DNA of 43,338 bases, the filler included, from Jimgerdemannia flammicorona (taxonomy: Eukaryota), in NCBI GenBank assembly GCA_003990765.1. It is 2 parts of 2 records of this genome, joined end to end, with 100 filler letters (N's around TTAATTAATTAA, not from the genome) between each part and the next. Parts side by side here need not be neighbours in the genome. Positions count along the whole stretch, not along the records: positions 1 to 21,623 come from RBNJ01001420.1; positions 21,724 to 43,338 come from RBNJ01001421.1. One strand, written 5' to 3'. Of this stretch, positions 11,827 to 23,635 are shown piece after piece. The number at the start of each line of letters is the position of its first letter. The stretch's first letter is position 1. The notes below the pieces were generated by a model. It was not told the origin of the DNA. It made no database searches and saw nothing but the letters and a program-made list of their open reading frames with translations. The position numbers and the translations under genes were made by a program.

Positions 11827-13351
11827 GAAAAAGGAGCCTATACTACTACCAAGATTACTGAACTTGAGCACAAGAAAGACAGGGACCAGAATAAGCACAC
11901 ATATACCATTAGAGAAAACTTTTCCCTGGAAGAACAACTTCTCAAGATCCTGCACCAGATTGAAGGAGTACTTGCTACAGACTTCAGGGATATCCACAAT
12001 CAAGAACCCAAGTACTACCATGAAGTTGACACTGGTGATACCAAGCCCATCTACCAGAAGGCCAGACCCATACCACCCACCTATAGAGAATGGCTGTGAG
12101 CAGAACTCAAGGAAATGGAAGAAGCCAGAATCATCAAGCAAGCTATTAGTCTCTGGGCTTCACCCATTATCCTCACTCCAAAGAAAGGAAGCAAGTCTAG
12201 AGAGTTTGCACCAAGACTCTGCATTGACTATAGGAAGCTCAATGCCATCACCAAAAAGGATAGGCAGCCCTTGCCAAATATTCAAGAAATCCTTACCACT
12301 CTTAGAAGTGAAGCCAAATACTACACCACCTTGGATCTGTTCTCAGGCTTCCATCAGATTGGTCTCACTCAAGATGCTAGTGAGAAATCAGCCTTCATCA
12401 TACCTGATACCATCTATATCTACCTGAGAATGCCATTTGGAATGTACAATACCCCAGCAAGTTTTCAGTGAATTATGAACAGAGTCTTTAGCAACAAGAT
12501 TGAAAAATGGCTCTTCATCTATGTTGATGATGTAATCATCTTCAGCAACACTGTATAGGAATATGTCAACTACATATAGCTAGCCCTCAAGAAGCTCAAG
12601 GAGCATAGCCTCTACATCAAGCCTAAGAAATATAAGTTTGCAGGCTCAGGAAATAACCTACCTAGGACATCTCATTAACCAGACTGGAATCCACACAGAC
12701 CCCATAAAGATTGAGACTGTTGTAGTCTACCTGAGACCCAGAACAACCACAGAAGTCTATGTCTTCCTTGGACTGGCCAGCTATTATAGAAGATTCATCA
12801 AAGGATACTCCAACATTGCAGCACCTATCTACAAGCTACTGAAGAAGGAAACCAAATTCAAATGGACTAAGAAATGCCAAGAAACCTTCAATAAACTCAA
12901 GACCAGATTGACCCAAGTACCTATCCTCAGAAGACCAGATTGGAACCTAGAATTCATCCTGCAGACAGATGCAAGTGCTATAGGACTTGGAGCAGTCCTA
13001 GCTCAGAAGAAAGATGGACATGAATATGTCATCCCCTATGCAAGCTAAGGTACCCACAGAGCAGAACAGAACTATGAGTCATGTAAGCTCAAATGCTTAG
13101 CAGTAGTTTGAGCAGTAGACAAGTTCCACTACTACCTAGTTAGGAAATACTTCACTGTTCAAACAGACCATTCTGCTCTTGTCTAGCTATTCCACACTCT
13201 AAACCCCAAAGAAATATATATCAGATAGATCTACAGGCTGCAAGAGTATGACTGTACTATCAAATACTGCTCAGGAAGAACCAATACCAATGCTGATGCC
13301 CTCTTAAGGATACCCTGAAATACCCCCATCAAGACTATTCAACATGAATAA
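11827..13351 (+). pseudogene. pol: Element A reverse transcriptase - RNase H
   Basis: SLWASPIIL, RLCIDYRKLN, LDLFSGFHQI, RMPFG, YVDD (12520-12531), YLGH, FILQTDASAIGLGAVL, TDHSAL, NADAL. Contains stops and one +1 indel near 12644. Confidence 0.95.
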
Positions 13352-14529
13352 GGAGTTATACTATGGATTAATCAGCTACCTTAGACAGCAGAAGATGCCC
13401 AACTACCTCGAACTCTGGACAATCACCATCATCAACTGGACTTGGAAACAGTTTGAACTAGACAATACTACACTTAGAAAAGGAGAAAAGCTAGTAATAC
13501 CTGAATACAAGAAGTATCAAATAATGAAGAAAGTATATGAGCAAGGATACCTAGGAGGAACTAACATATACAACAAGGCAAGAAGAACTATGTGGTAGCC
13601 CAAAATAGAAGAAAACCTGTACCAATTTGTCAAAGGGTGTGATAAGTGCCAAAAACAGAAACAAGATCAGCAAGACTAGATATCTGGGTCATCAAGAATT
13701 GAGCCTATCCCCTTCCACCATATTACAATAGATATCATTGGGCCACTACCAGTAACACTATCAGGAAACTGCTATATTATAGTTATTGTAGACCTCTTTA
13801 CCAAATAGATAGAAGCAGGAGTATTACAAGAAGCCAATACCCTCTCTATAGCTGACTTCCTGCACTGAGAAATCATCTGCCACTACAAGACATCAAAGTA
13901 AATCACAACAGACCATGGCACAGAATTTGTCAATAGATTCCATGAGATAATGTATCAGAAATATAAGATTCAGTACATCAAGACTACCATATACCACCTT
14001 CAAGGAAATGGACAGACAGAGAGAACTAACAAGACCCTTAAGGACATTCTGGCAAAGATCTCAGAGATATATGAGAATTGAGATAACTACCTCCCAACTG
14101 CTCTCTCTATTCTACAAGACATACAGTCACAGAGCACACACTTTACCCCAAGAGAACTGCTCTTTGGAGAAGAAAATTCTAATAGAACCTCTAGACCTAA
14201 CTTGGAGATAGGTCAATGCAGAAATCTGGAGACTACACCAAATCAGGAAGAAGGTTGAAGATTATATTATCAAGTCACAAGTGCTGATAAGGAAAAATAC
14301 AGAAAAGAATCACAAGACCTTAGAACTTATCCAAATTAAAAAAAAGGTCCTACTATATTGAAATATAGTAGAAGCCTCATGGTTGCAAAAACTGGAGCCC
14401 AAATGGAAAGGACCCTTCTATATACAAGATATCAAGAGAACTACCTTCTGGCTTAGAAAAATCTCAGAGACCATACTGCCTACCACAGTACATAGGAACA
14501 GACTCAAGAAGTACTATGAACCTATATAA
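13344..14529 (+). pseudogene. Element A integrase, in its own frame with its own ATG
   Basis: MNKELYYGLISYL start, decayed HHCC (...CDKCQK at 13638), IDIIGPLP, TDHGTEF, YHLQGNGQTERTN, and GPY/F motif KWKGPF (about 14401). No chromodomain. Confidence 0.9.
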
Positions 14530-14883
14530 GAGAAGCAAAATATGATGACTGCCCATGAGGTTTTAGTCCATAAATCATAACAGCATATCCTGTGATCAGC
14601 AGGCTATCTGTCTTGATCATTCTCTAAGAGATATGGTACCAATAACTACTCATCCATGAGACTTTTGAAGCCAGAGGAGTTTGAACCATCAACTGATTAG
14701 TCAAGATCAGAATCAGGCCCTTGCTCTATATGAAGGGAGCAATCCTTCACTATTACACCAAAATACAAAGGGAAGATGCCAGCCCATAAACACCACTTTT
14801 CAACCCCTTGCCAGAGGTTATGGGATCAGCAAATTTTTCAGGATTGGACCAATAAATAAGGACATTCAAGAAGATCCTTATTC

Positions 14884-14893
14884 AGGAGAAAGA
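14884..14893 (+). promoter_or_regulatory. Polypurine tract of element A
   Basis: AGGAGAAAGA directly before the TG of the 3' LTR. Confidence 0.85.
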
Positions 14894-16445
14894 TGTAATG
14901 ATGACCCCAGAATGATGACATCAGCATAGGAGACAGCCTTTCCTTGCAAGCCACCAGATCAAAGTACAAGGAGATTATACAGCATACAAGATGAGCAATG
15001 ATGATCAACTATGAGTCATTGTGACCACAGTATGGGTATCTTGAGGAATATAAAAGAAGAATCAAAGAACCATAGTAGCAGCAACCAACAAGACCCACTA
15101 ATCTCAAAATAGCTCAAAGACTTACCACAAATGAAATACCTGCTGCTTGCCAAACCTCAAGGTCAAGGAATCACCAAGGCATCTCAGTTGAAGAAAGGAT
15201 GTTCCAAGACATCAGAAGAGCTATGAAAACTTACTCAAGAAGGACTCCTAGTATCAACCTGAGTACTGGTGACCCTTATCATTATATCCTCTACTGCTGT
15301 GAAATGGAAACAAGGATCACCATTACTACCAAATGCCTCCAAATGTGGTAGGAGTATGAGATAGGAAACCTCCTCTGCTGGGAGTTCCTACAGGCCAGCA
15401 CTCAAGAGCTACAAGATACTATTCCCATAGATATATATGAAACAAGGATAGCTAAGAAGATCCATCAGATCTTCAGGTATATACCATGGTCGATCTCTAA
15501 CTTGGAGTATGTTAGAGTCTCAGACTTCAGAGATCTATCAGCCCACCATATCAATATACTAGAAGTCAGAGTGGCTATAGAAGCCCAGTCTACTATTACC
15601 CTCAATAGTGATGAAGTAGAAGACTTCTGGCATCCCATCCTCTAGGACAACCCAGACCAATTCCTGCAAGAATTGATCTCAGTATTCCAAGGCCCAAGCA
15701 TTCAGATTAGACCTCCCCAAGACCCTACATTTGTCCCCTATTTTGTAGAAGAGAACCTCATAGACTGGAGAGCCCCAGACCTCCTTGTTCCTGCCACTGC
15801 CAAACATGATGACATCATTAGTGATGATGTCATCTTATGTGACATATGTAAGATATGTGACATACATAAAACATATGACCTATATGATAATGATGAATTT
15901 ACAGACCTCATCTCCTTCAAAGACATCCTGACCTCTGATGAGAATGAAGCCCCTATGGTCTTGAACATTCTGCTCTAAAGTCCTTTAGTTATACTGAATT
16001 ATGCCAGTACCAGTATTCTGATATGACACTGAATTATTCCAGCACCATTTTTCTATATTACTGAAATTATACCAGTATCCTGAACCTGTACAACCATCAG
16101 TGTCAACCCTGGAACTTAGCAGTTTTTTCTGTCCTGGCATTTTGTTTTAGTTATTGGAATTTATATTTAGCTTTATATCTTAGCAACCATTGAATTATAT
16201 TTTGTATAAATACCCCTCTTATTTTCTCTAAAATAAAGTCAGTTCATCTTAGTGCAATATATACAATTCTTTGCAAGCAATCTAAGAGATAACAAGACAG
16301 TTTAAAGATAAGAAGTTTGAGAACTATAAGATCTTGGGAAGGCACTCCAATAAGAACTTGCTTATAACAAACTTGAGTTAGTCTAAGAGATACACCTTGA
16401 AGAGAATCTAGTATATTTGAAGGACTCAGCGACTACTATATGACA
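14894..16445 (+). repeat. Element A 3' LTR (1552 bp)
   Basis: TGTAATGATGAC...ATATGACA followed by the TTAT TSD. Confidence 0.95.
15136..15978 (+). pseudogene. LTR-encoded accessory ORF, 3' LTR copy
   Basis: 843 nt in one frame. The start is ATA (ATG in the 5' LTR); TAG stops at 15349 and 15643 are CAG in the 5' LTR. Confidence 0.8.
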
Positions 16446-16729
16446 TTATTTTCATTATTCTCCTTATCTTTATAATAGTAGTTATTCTGTATATATTTAT
16501 ACTTACTATAGTAATAGCAGTTTCTATTGAACTTAATAGACTTATATTACTAACCTTATTGGCCAACCCAAATAAACCATTCGGAGCGAGCTAAGCCACA
16601 CGGGCATCTTTTCGTGAAAAGTAACACGTTTTTAAGTTTTCACTTCATTTATACTGGTGTACAAGGTGCGGCAGAAGTCTGGCAACAATTCACAACAAGT
16701 TTCGTCAAAATCCGTCAAGTTTTCGTAGT

Positions 16730-18598
16730 ATGGCGACTCAAGACTCATCGAGCTCAGAGTGCCTAGAGAGGAGGAGGCCTGGCTTGGGCCTCCCCAAGAG
16801 TTTTGCGGCGGCAGCTGGTCAAGGTGGAGCGGGAGGGCAGGCTGGAGGTCAAGGACTGGCAGCAGGACTGGATGGTTGGCACATGGTGATAGGAAATAAG
16901 TGGGCGACCTCTAGGCCTACAATTGTAGGGCAGCAGGGGCATAGTGTTGACAGGGGTGGACGTCAGGTGACTGGTCAGCTAACTGGCCAGGGCCCCAGCA
17001 GGGGTCAGGGGTCTCGGGGCGTGATGACGGGGACTGGCTTTCCTGGGGCTGGGCTGGTGGCTGGGGGTAGGACTGCTGGTGGCACAGTAGCCCCTGGCGA
17101 GACAGTAGTGGGCATTTCTAGCAGCAAGAACAAGGCAACCCTGGCAGCAGGAATGGGGGAGCTGGTGGTACGACCTTTTTTCCATAAGTCAGTATCGTCG
17201 TGGGCAGTCTCCGCCAACTTTTTGGGCCTTGGTCTGTCGGCCAAGGAAGTTCTATGACTGGTGGGTGAGGAGGTTGCAGGAGCTGAGTCGCTGAGGTTTA
17301 TCCCCTCAGCCGAGGCAGTGGAGGTCGGGTTCATTAAGGAGGAGGCTATAGTGAAGGCCCTGGAGAAAGGGTTGATGGTCAAGAATGTTAAGGTGGGGAT
17401 GGCAAGGTACTTGAGGTGGGACCCATGTGCAGTGAGGTTGGTGGTGGAAGGTCTGCCAACACTGAGCAGGCAGGAGACTAAGATGGTGGTAGCAAAGGCT
17501 CTGGAAGGATTTGGCGAGATGGTGGATTTTGGATTTATGTTTTGGGAGGGCACTAAGTTGAGGAATGGCAACTGTGAGGCGATGGTGTGGCTGGAGGGAA
17601 AGGAGGCAACAGGTCTGGGGCAAGACTGGCCAGAGGTCATTCGTGTTGGGGAGCAGGACTGCCGGGTCTGGAGGAGGAAAGGCTCTGAGCAGGAAGAGGA
17701 GGAGCTGCTGATAGCCCTCGAGGAGCGTGATGAGGCAAAGGCTATGCGGAAAAGGAAGTGGGAGGAATTTGCTAAGAATTGGATCTGGATCGAAACAGAT
17801 GGCAAGAGGAAGCATTGGCATAGAGCGAACTGGGAGCGGCTGCAGGCAGTGCTGAGAGCATCTGAGGAGGAGGAGGTGGAAAGGGTAGCGTCGGACAGGA
17901 ATCGAATGGAAGGGGTGGAGGCAGCGGAGGTGTCCTTCTCGCAGTTGGGGGGAGTGGAAGAATCCGTGCATGCACCGGTGACAGGGAAGTGGGCAGATGG
18001 TGAGGAAGAGCGAGGAGAAGGGTTCGAAGAAATTGTAGAGGTGGTTCCCGAAACTCCAATGGAAGACACAGTGATGGCTAGGTCGGCAAATGTGCACTGG
18101 GAATGTCCAGAAGCAGGGGAGGTGGTGAGGTTGGAAAAGGTCTCTGAAGAGGATGAGCTGGTGGATGTCGCTTCAGATGTTTCTGCGGACAGGGAGCTGC
18201 TTCAGGAACTTTGCCGGACTCCCAGGCCTGCAACTCCGGGGCCAATGGCAATGGTGGCAGATGGTTGGTTCCAGGCAGTTCTGGAGGAACTGACGGAGGA
18301 TGACATTAAGGAAGTGGATGTGTTTCAGGGCTCTCCGGAGGCGTGGGAAGGATTTCTCAAGGTGGCGATGCAGGGACTGAAGCTGGTGACTGCAATGGTG
18401 GCGGCCCTGCTGGAGGATGAAGGGTACGAGGTGGATGAGGACCGAATGGCAGATATCTGTAAGGTTGCGTCGGAGCGAGTGGACTTCTTCTGTGGCAGTG
18501 TCAATGGCGAAAGAATTTGGCGAGCAGTCTGTGAGGAGCGTCGAGACATCATTAAGGGCCGAGCTGAGAAGGTGGCGGCAGTGGCGGCGGATATCTAA
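16730..18598 (+). pseudogene. LINE ORF1 (about 620 aa; RRM-like core, acidic coiled C-terminal half), one premature TGA
   Basis: ORFs 16730-17257 and 17261-18598 share a frame. SFAAAA N-terminal motif and VRLVVEGLP...ALEGFGEMVD...GTKLRNG...PEVIRVG are typical of L1/Tx1 ORF1. Confidence 0.8.
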
Positions 18599-18613
18599 AC
18601 TCCAAAATTTTTC

Positions 18614-21600
18614 ATGATGAAGTACAACCTACGTATTCTGTCCATTAATGTCAATGGTTTGTGAGATAGTGTGAAGCGGCGGCGTCTCTTTCGATGGTTG
18701 AAGGTTTGGAGGTATGATGTGGTATTTCTTCAAGATATTCGGGCCTATGGGGAGGAGGACTATGAGGAGTGGAGTCGGGAATGGTTTGGGAACACAGGCT
18801 GGAGTAAGCAAGTTGGTATTCTGGTTGGAGTTGGGAAGGGGGAGTTAGTTGATGTAGAATGCTTTGGGGATCGTCTGGTGTGGGGAAGGCTGAAGGGAGG
18901 GAAAGGAGATGGGCTTTTGGTGGGCTCGGTATATCTGCCAGCAGTTGGCAGAGAGTGAAAGCAATGGGTGGAGGAGTGGATGGCCTGGGAGGATTGGGTG
19001 GCTCTAGGGTTAGACATTTTGGGGGGTGACTTTAATATGATTAGGGACCATGCACTGGATCGGTCTGATGGCAGGGCTGGGGTAGCGGTTTCTCCTGGGC
19101 TGTCTCAGTGGCTTCAGGTGGAGAGGGGCATGGGATTGGTAGATGGGGTACGTTCGAGGGTGGGAGACAGGTTAGGGCCCTTTACCAGGTGGTACTCTAT
19201 AGACAATGGGATGGTCGGTACGCGGATTGACTGGGTGTTGGTAGCTGAACATTGGGGTAATGTATTTGATAGGGTCGGTGTACAGTGGTGCCCATGGTCA
19301 GACCATTGGGGAGTGGAGGTGAGTGGGAGATTCCAGGCTGTTAATAGAGGAGGGGGGCGCTGGCGTCTCAATGTGGCACTGCTCCGGCGTCTGGTGGAAC
19401 GGGAGCAATTTGTATACATGGCCCGACAGGAAGTAGAGCATTGGGTGGCTGGGGGTCTATCTATTGTGGATTGGTGGGGCAGATTCAAACACCTTGCTGG
19501 TGCTTATTGGAGAGACACTGGGGAAGTGGCTGGAAAGGAGCAAATGGACAGGGAGAGGAGAGTTGACAGGGGATTGCGGTGGCGGCTGAAACTATTGGAG
19601 GATGGTTCACTAGCAGAAGAGAGGAAGGGACAACTTGCTAGAGAGGTAGTCGACCTACAGGCAATCTTGAGAGAGGCTGAGGATCGAGTTATGGATGGGC
19701 TCCTGGTGCGCCTAAGGGCTAGACGACTGGAAGAGGGTGAAAGACCAACTAAGTACTTATCTGGTGTCTTGAAGGCGAGGAATGTTAGACATAGCTGGTC
19801 TTCAGTTTTGCAAGAAGATGGTGTCGAGGTTACCAGTGTAGCAGATATGTTGGAGGAGATCTCAGGACAATGGCAGACTCTTTGGAGTGATGATGATATG
19901 GGTGGAGGTGTTGGAGTAGAGGAGGTTGCCGAGGCTCCTCTAGTACATAACTGGCCGGTGGTGTCACAACTGGAGATTGGAGCATCAGTGTTTGGCAGAG
20001 TGTCTTTAGAGGAGATATTGGAGGTTCTGCAGAAGGTACCGAGCGGTTCCTCACCAGGGGAGAATGGCCTCCCTTGGGAATTCTGGAAGGAGTTTAAGGT
20101 GGAATTTGGAGCTTGGCTTGTTGAAATGGTTAATTTCATACTAGAGGAAGGACAGTGGATTGGGAATAGTAGTTTAGGTCTGGTGTCTTTGTTGTATAAG
20201 GAGAAAGGTGACAGGAGGGAGTGGTGCAACTGGCGGCCGATCATGCTGCTAAACGTCGACAGGAAGCTAGTCTCGAAAATCTTGGTAGGGAGGTTGCAGC
20301 AGTGGATTGGAAGATTGGTAGGGGAGGAACAGAGGGGCTTTGTGAAGGGCCGGCAGATCAGGGACAGTACTGCCTGGGTGCAAAACGTTTTGGAGGGCTG
20401 TAGAAGTAGGCAGATTGATGGGAGGATGGTCTTTTTGGATCAAGAGAAGGCCTATGACAGGGTACGGTGGTGTTACCTAGAAGCAATTCTCCAGAAAGTC
20501 GGCTTTAAGCTGGAAGAGGTTAGATGGTTGATCTGATGAATGGCTGGAGCGGCCCAGAGTTTTCTTTAGGAAGAGGGGTTCCACAAGGGGACCCACTTTC
20601 GCCGCTTCTTTATATCCTCTCACTAGAACCGGTGCTGGCATGGCTGAGAGAAAGGCTGAATGGACTGCATATAGGTGAGGTGGTTTGGAAGCTGGGGGCC
20701 TTTACTGACGACATAGTGGTAGGGCTTGGTAGCATCGAGGACATGGACATTTTGCGAGAAGGAATCGAACAGTATGAAGGGTTGGCGGGGGCAAAGTTGA
20801 ATTGGGGGAAGTGTGAAACCTTAGAGCTTGGTGCAGGCTTAGGGGTAGCAGGGCTTGGACGAGTGGTGCCTAAGGAGGAGGCAGTCAGATACTTAGGGAT
20901 ATGGTTTTCGGTGTTTGGGACAGTTCTGCCAAAGGAGTGGTGGAGTTCTATGGTACAAAAATGGGAAGGGGTGTTGACAGGCTGGGCTGGTCAAAACTTT
21001 TCTCTAGTAGGAAGAGTGGTGGTTCTGAATGTATACTGGCTGCCAAAGCTGTGGTACTTGGGTTACCATCTAGATTTTCCTGGTTGGGTGGTGCGGCGTC
21101 TCAAGAAGGCTATGGAAGGGTGGCTCTGGAAGGGTAGGCGACCGCAGATTGGATGGGATGCATTGGTGCTGCCGATTGCTGATGGTGGTTTGGGGTTGGT
21201 GGACTTTCGGCAAAGGTTGAAGGCACTGCGGGGATGGTGGGGTCGCCGACTTGTGGAGCTAGGGGAAGCGAACTGGGGCAGATTAGCAATGGACAATTGG
21301 GAGATTAGGTTCTGCCCCCAGAGTGCGGAGAGGAAGGATTTGCGAGGGCTACTTCAGATCGGATCTGTGGGGAGGATGCGGTTCAAAGGGTTCTGGTGGG
21401 GCATCGTTGAGGCCTGGCTTATGATGGGCCTGACAGGGCCAGAGGTAGAGGTGATAGAGGAGGGGGCAGACCCTGAGCAGCGGTGGTGGCGACTCAAATT
21501 ACTTAGGGTGGGAGGGAAGGAGCTGAAGGATTATTCTCTGGTTGAGGCGATGGAATGGGCCAGATCAGGCCCTCTTGAGCGGTGGCCAGTAGGATGGCAG

Positions 21601-21623
21601 ACAGCTGGTATCGGCGAGATGTG
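18614..21623 (+). pseudogene. LINE ORF2: APE endonuclease plus reverse transcriptase
   Basis: LRILSINVNGL, DVVFLQD, SVYLP, GGDFN, RIDWVL, SDH (APE); SSPGENGLP, NWRPIMLLN, EQRGFVKGR, LDQEKAYDRV, GVPQGDPLSPLLY, AFTDD, RYLGI (RT). TGA stops at 18659 and 18956, and a deletion/frameshift near 20530. Confidence 0.95.
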
Positions 21624-21723
21624 NNNNNNNNNNNNNNNNNNNNNNNNNNNNNNNNNNNNNNNNNNNNTTAATTAATTAANNNNNNNNNNNNNNNNNNNNN
21701 NNNNNNNNNNNNNNNNNNNNNNN
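21624..21723. other. Artificial assembly spacer (44 N + TTAATTAATTAA + 44 N)
   Basis: Symmetric 100-nt spacer with a stop-in-six-frames 12-mer, a known contig-concatenation linker style. Confidence 0.95.
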
Positions 21724-21913
21724 CCCCCCTCTCATCAATTAAAGTATACTTACATCAAATATATATTATAGTGACTATGCCTTATCTTCTGCAAATTGCC
21801 TATATCTATTGAAGCTGTACATCCCCTAAGCTGCCAGCCTTATCGCTGTCTGATTTCAGGAGATTTTTGACATAGAAGTATATGGTATTCATACTGATTA
21901 CTTGAAGTTTGCC

Positions 21914-22326
21914 ATGGAGAATATCTTTGATAAAGTAACTGCTATTAGTAAACATCTTGCAAAGGTTAAGATTGAAAGATATCCAGAGCTTTATCAAGTT
22001 GGTTATGAGAGATTGTGGGCCAAAAGTGATTTGGTCATATAGTATTTCAAAGCCAAAACTATGAGTGGATTGGTGGATATAGCAGTTGATATATCAGAAT
22101 CAGGCTCATAGCTGAGTGTCAACTTTCAGACTATCAGCAGAAGAGTATTGATTGAGAAGCAGCTGAAACTGTCAAGCATTTCTGGCCCTATCAAACAGCA
22201 GCTGGATTCCAAGAATAAGATACTTAAGGTCAAGGAATCAATCATCTCAGGTGATATGACAATCAATTTTCTTTGCTCCTTTGCTGGAGACTTCACACTG
22301 ACTGCTCTTTCTAGCAGCATATATAT
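21914..22326 (+). pseudogene. Unknown ORF remnant interrupted by element B (continues at 32509 to about 32614)
   Basis: MENIFDKV...KQLKLSSISGPIKQQL...SSIY reads in one frame with two TAG stops. After removing B and one TSD it continues in frame as ILASNECSIEYQEKKKSKILGWL. Confidence 0.45.
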
Positions 22327-23602
22327 TGTGACAAACCAAATATATCACCCAAATTATATCTTAACCAGATGACATAAACAATTAGCCAAGATGATGTGAA
22401 CATACAGTATAGTAACTAGTAACCATTGCTGCAGAAAACTGTATAAATAGCCAGACATACCAGAAAGGGTCTGTTTACCTGTACAGACTCTGTACACCTG
22501 CTATAAGTAGCAGATCTATAGTTAGCCACATAGTAATCAGATAGCAACCAACTTGTATAAATTACCCCAGAGACAAGAGTGAATAAACCTCAGTCCGAAA
22601 TACAAATACCAAAGAAACCTCTAAAGATTGAGCATTGGTCCCCTTTCTACTCCAGTCCACTTTCTGATACAAAGCCTGAAGATTTGCTGCCCAAGTTCGA
22701 GTGAAGAACTTCACTATCTTTTGAAGAGAAACCCGCTGCTTAAGGAATAAGCCACAATATTGGTTTGCTTGCCAGATAAGCCTGAAGATTTCTGCCTAAG
22801 AGAAAGCCACCTTGCTCAAGCCAGTTTCTGACACAACTTCGCAGTAATTCATTGTGCAAACGAAGCCAGTCTTTAATATAACTTTGCCAAGAGACCCTTT
22901 CCATGCCATCATATTCCCAGAAGAGCCTACCAATTCAGGAAGAATCTGTGACATCCGCCATTTCTAAGTTATCTACCACATTCCCAGTTGAAGCCAATTC
23001 AGGAAGAATCTGTGCACCCAAGTATTATTCCCAGAGAGCCCAAGTTATCTGCGATATCTGAGTTATTCGTTATTCTCAGTGAGCCTAAGAAGAATCCACC
23101 GCCAGCATTATTCCCAATTATTCGAATTATCTACACCATCTGAGTTATTATTCCCAGAAAAAGAATCCATGTCATACAATTCCCAGTGAGCCAAATCGAG
23201 TTATCTACCAAATTATCAGGATGTCCGCATAAGGAACCCATCATGCTATACAGAGATTGTCACATCAAGATTGTTGCACTACACAGAGATCATCGCACCA
23301 AAGCCATCACCCAGAAATTGCATACTTTTGGAAATTGTCTTGCTATACAAAATTGTAGCATTCTCAGTTGACCCAAGAAGGAAACCTGTTCACATACACA
23401 AATTGCGCTACACCCAAGAACCTGTCCCAAAAAGGAAACTGCTCGCACAGAATCCAGATCTTGACTATTATACCACTAAACACTAAGGACCTCAGGAATC
23501 TTAGAATATTTTATTGCTTTTTGACAAAGTAACTGGGGGCTCAAGCCAAACTATATCAACTCCCAACCTTGTAATTTGCCTCCATTGAGCTGGCACATTA
23601 CA
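22327..23602 (+). repeat. Element B 5' LTR (1276 bp)
   Basis: TGTGACAAACC...CACATTACA; TATAAA at about 22442 and 22556, AATAAA at about 22582. Confidence 0.95.
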
Positions 23603-23604
23603 TT

Positions 23605-23622
23605 TGGGGGTTCAACTGGGAA
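23605..23622 (+). promoter_or_regulatory. Primer-binding site, tRNA-Pro type
   Basis: TGGGGGTTCAACTGGGAA, 2 nt after the LTR; copy C has TGGGGGCTCAACTGGGAA. Resembles the tRNA-Pro PBS TGGGGGCTCGTCCGGGAT. Confidence 0.75.
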
Positions 23623-23635
23623 GATTTCAAAATCA

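Larger units (their letters stand above)
7639..16445 (+). mobile_element. Element A: full-length Ty3/Gypsy LTR retrotransposon with dUTPase and an ORF inside the LTR (decayed)
   Basis: Paired LTRs TG...CA, 4-bp TSD TTAT (7635-7638 and 16446-16449), PPT, and domain order Gag-PR-dUTPase-RT-RH-IN. Confidence 0.96.
16561..21623 (+). mobile_element. L1/Tx1-like non-LTR retrotransposon, 3' end lost in the assembly gap
   Basis: Abrupt switch to GC-rich, CpG-containing sequence at about 16561; 5' UTR, ORF1, then ORF2 with APE and RT domains. Confidence 0.93.

Noticed and set aside
14400..14530. Chromodomain after integrase (chromovirus)
   Set aside because: IN ends shortly after the GPY/F module in A, B and C; no chromodomain motif is visible.
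17005..20244. Long minus-strand ORFs over the LINE (354, 263 and 246 aa)
   Set aside because: Ser/Pro/Leu-rich shadows of a G-rich sense strand with no domain motifs.
21624..21723. TTAATTAATTAA palindrome within Ns
   Set aside because: Artificial six-frame-stop contig linker; not biological, and the flanks may not be adjacent.
22900..23490. Short ORFs in the B and C LTRs (61-104 aa)
   Set aside because: They arise in internally repetitive LTR sequence, and I could not reconstruct one consistent frame across the copies, unlike the family A LTR ORF.
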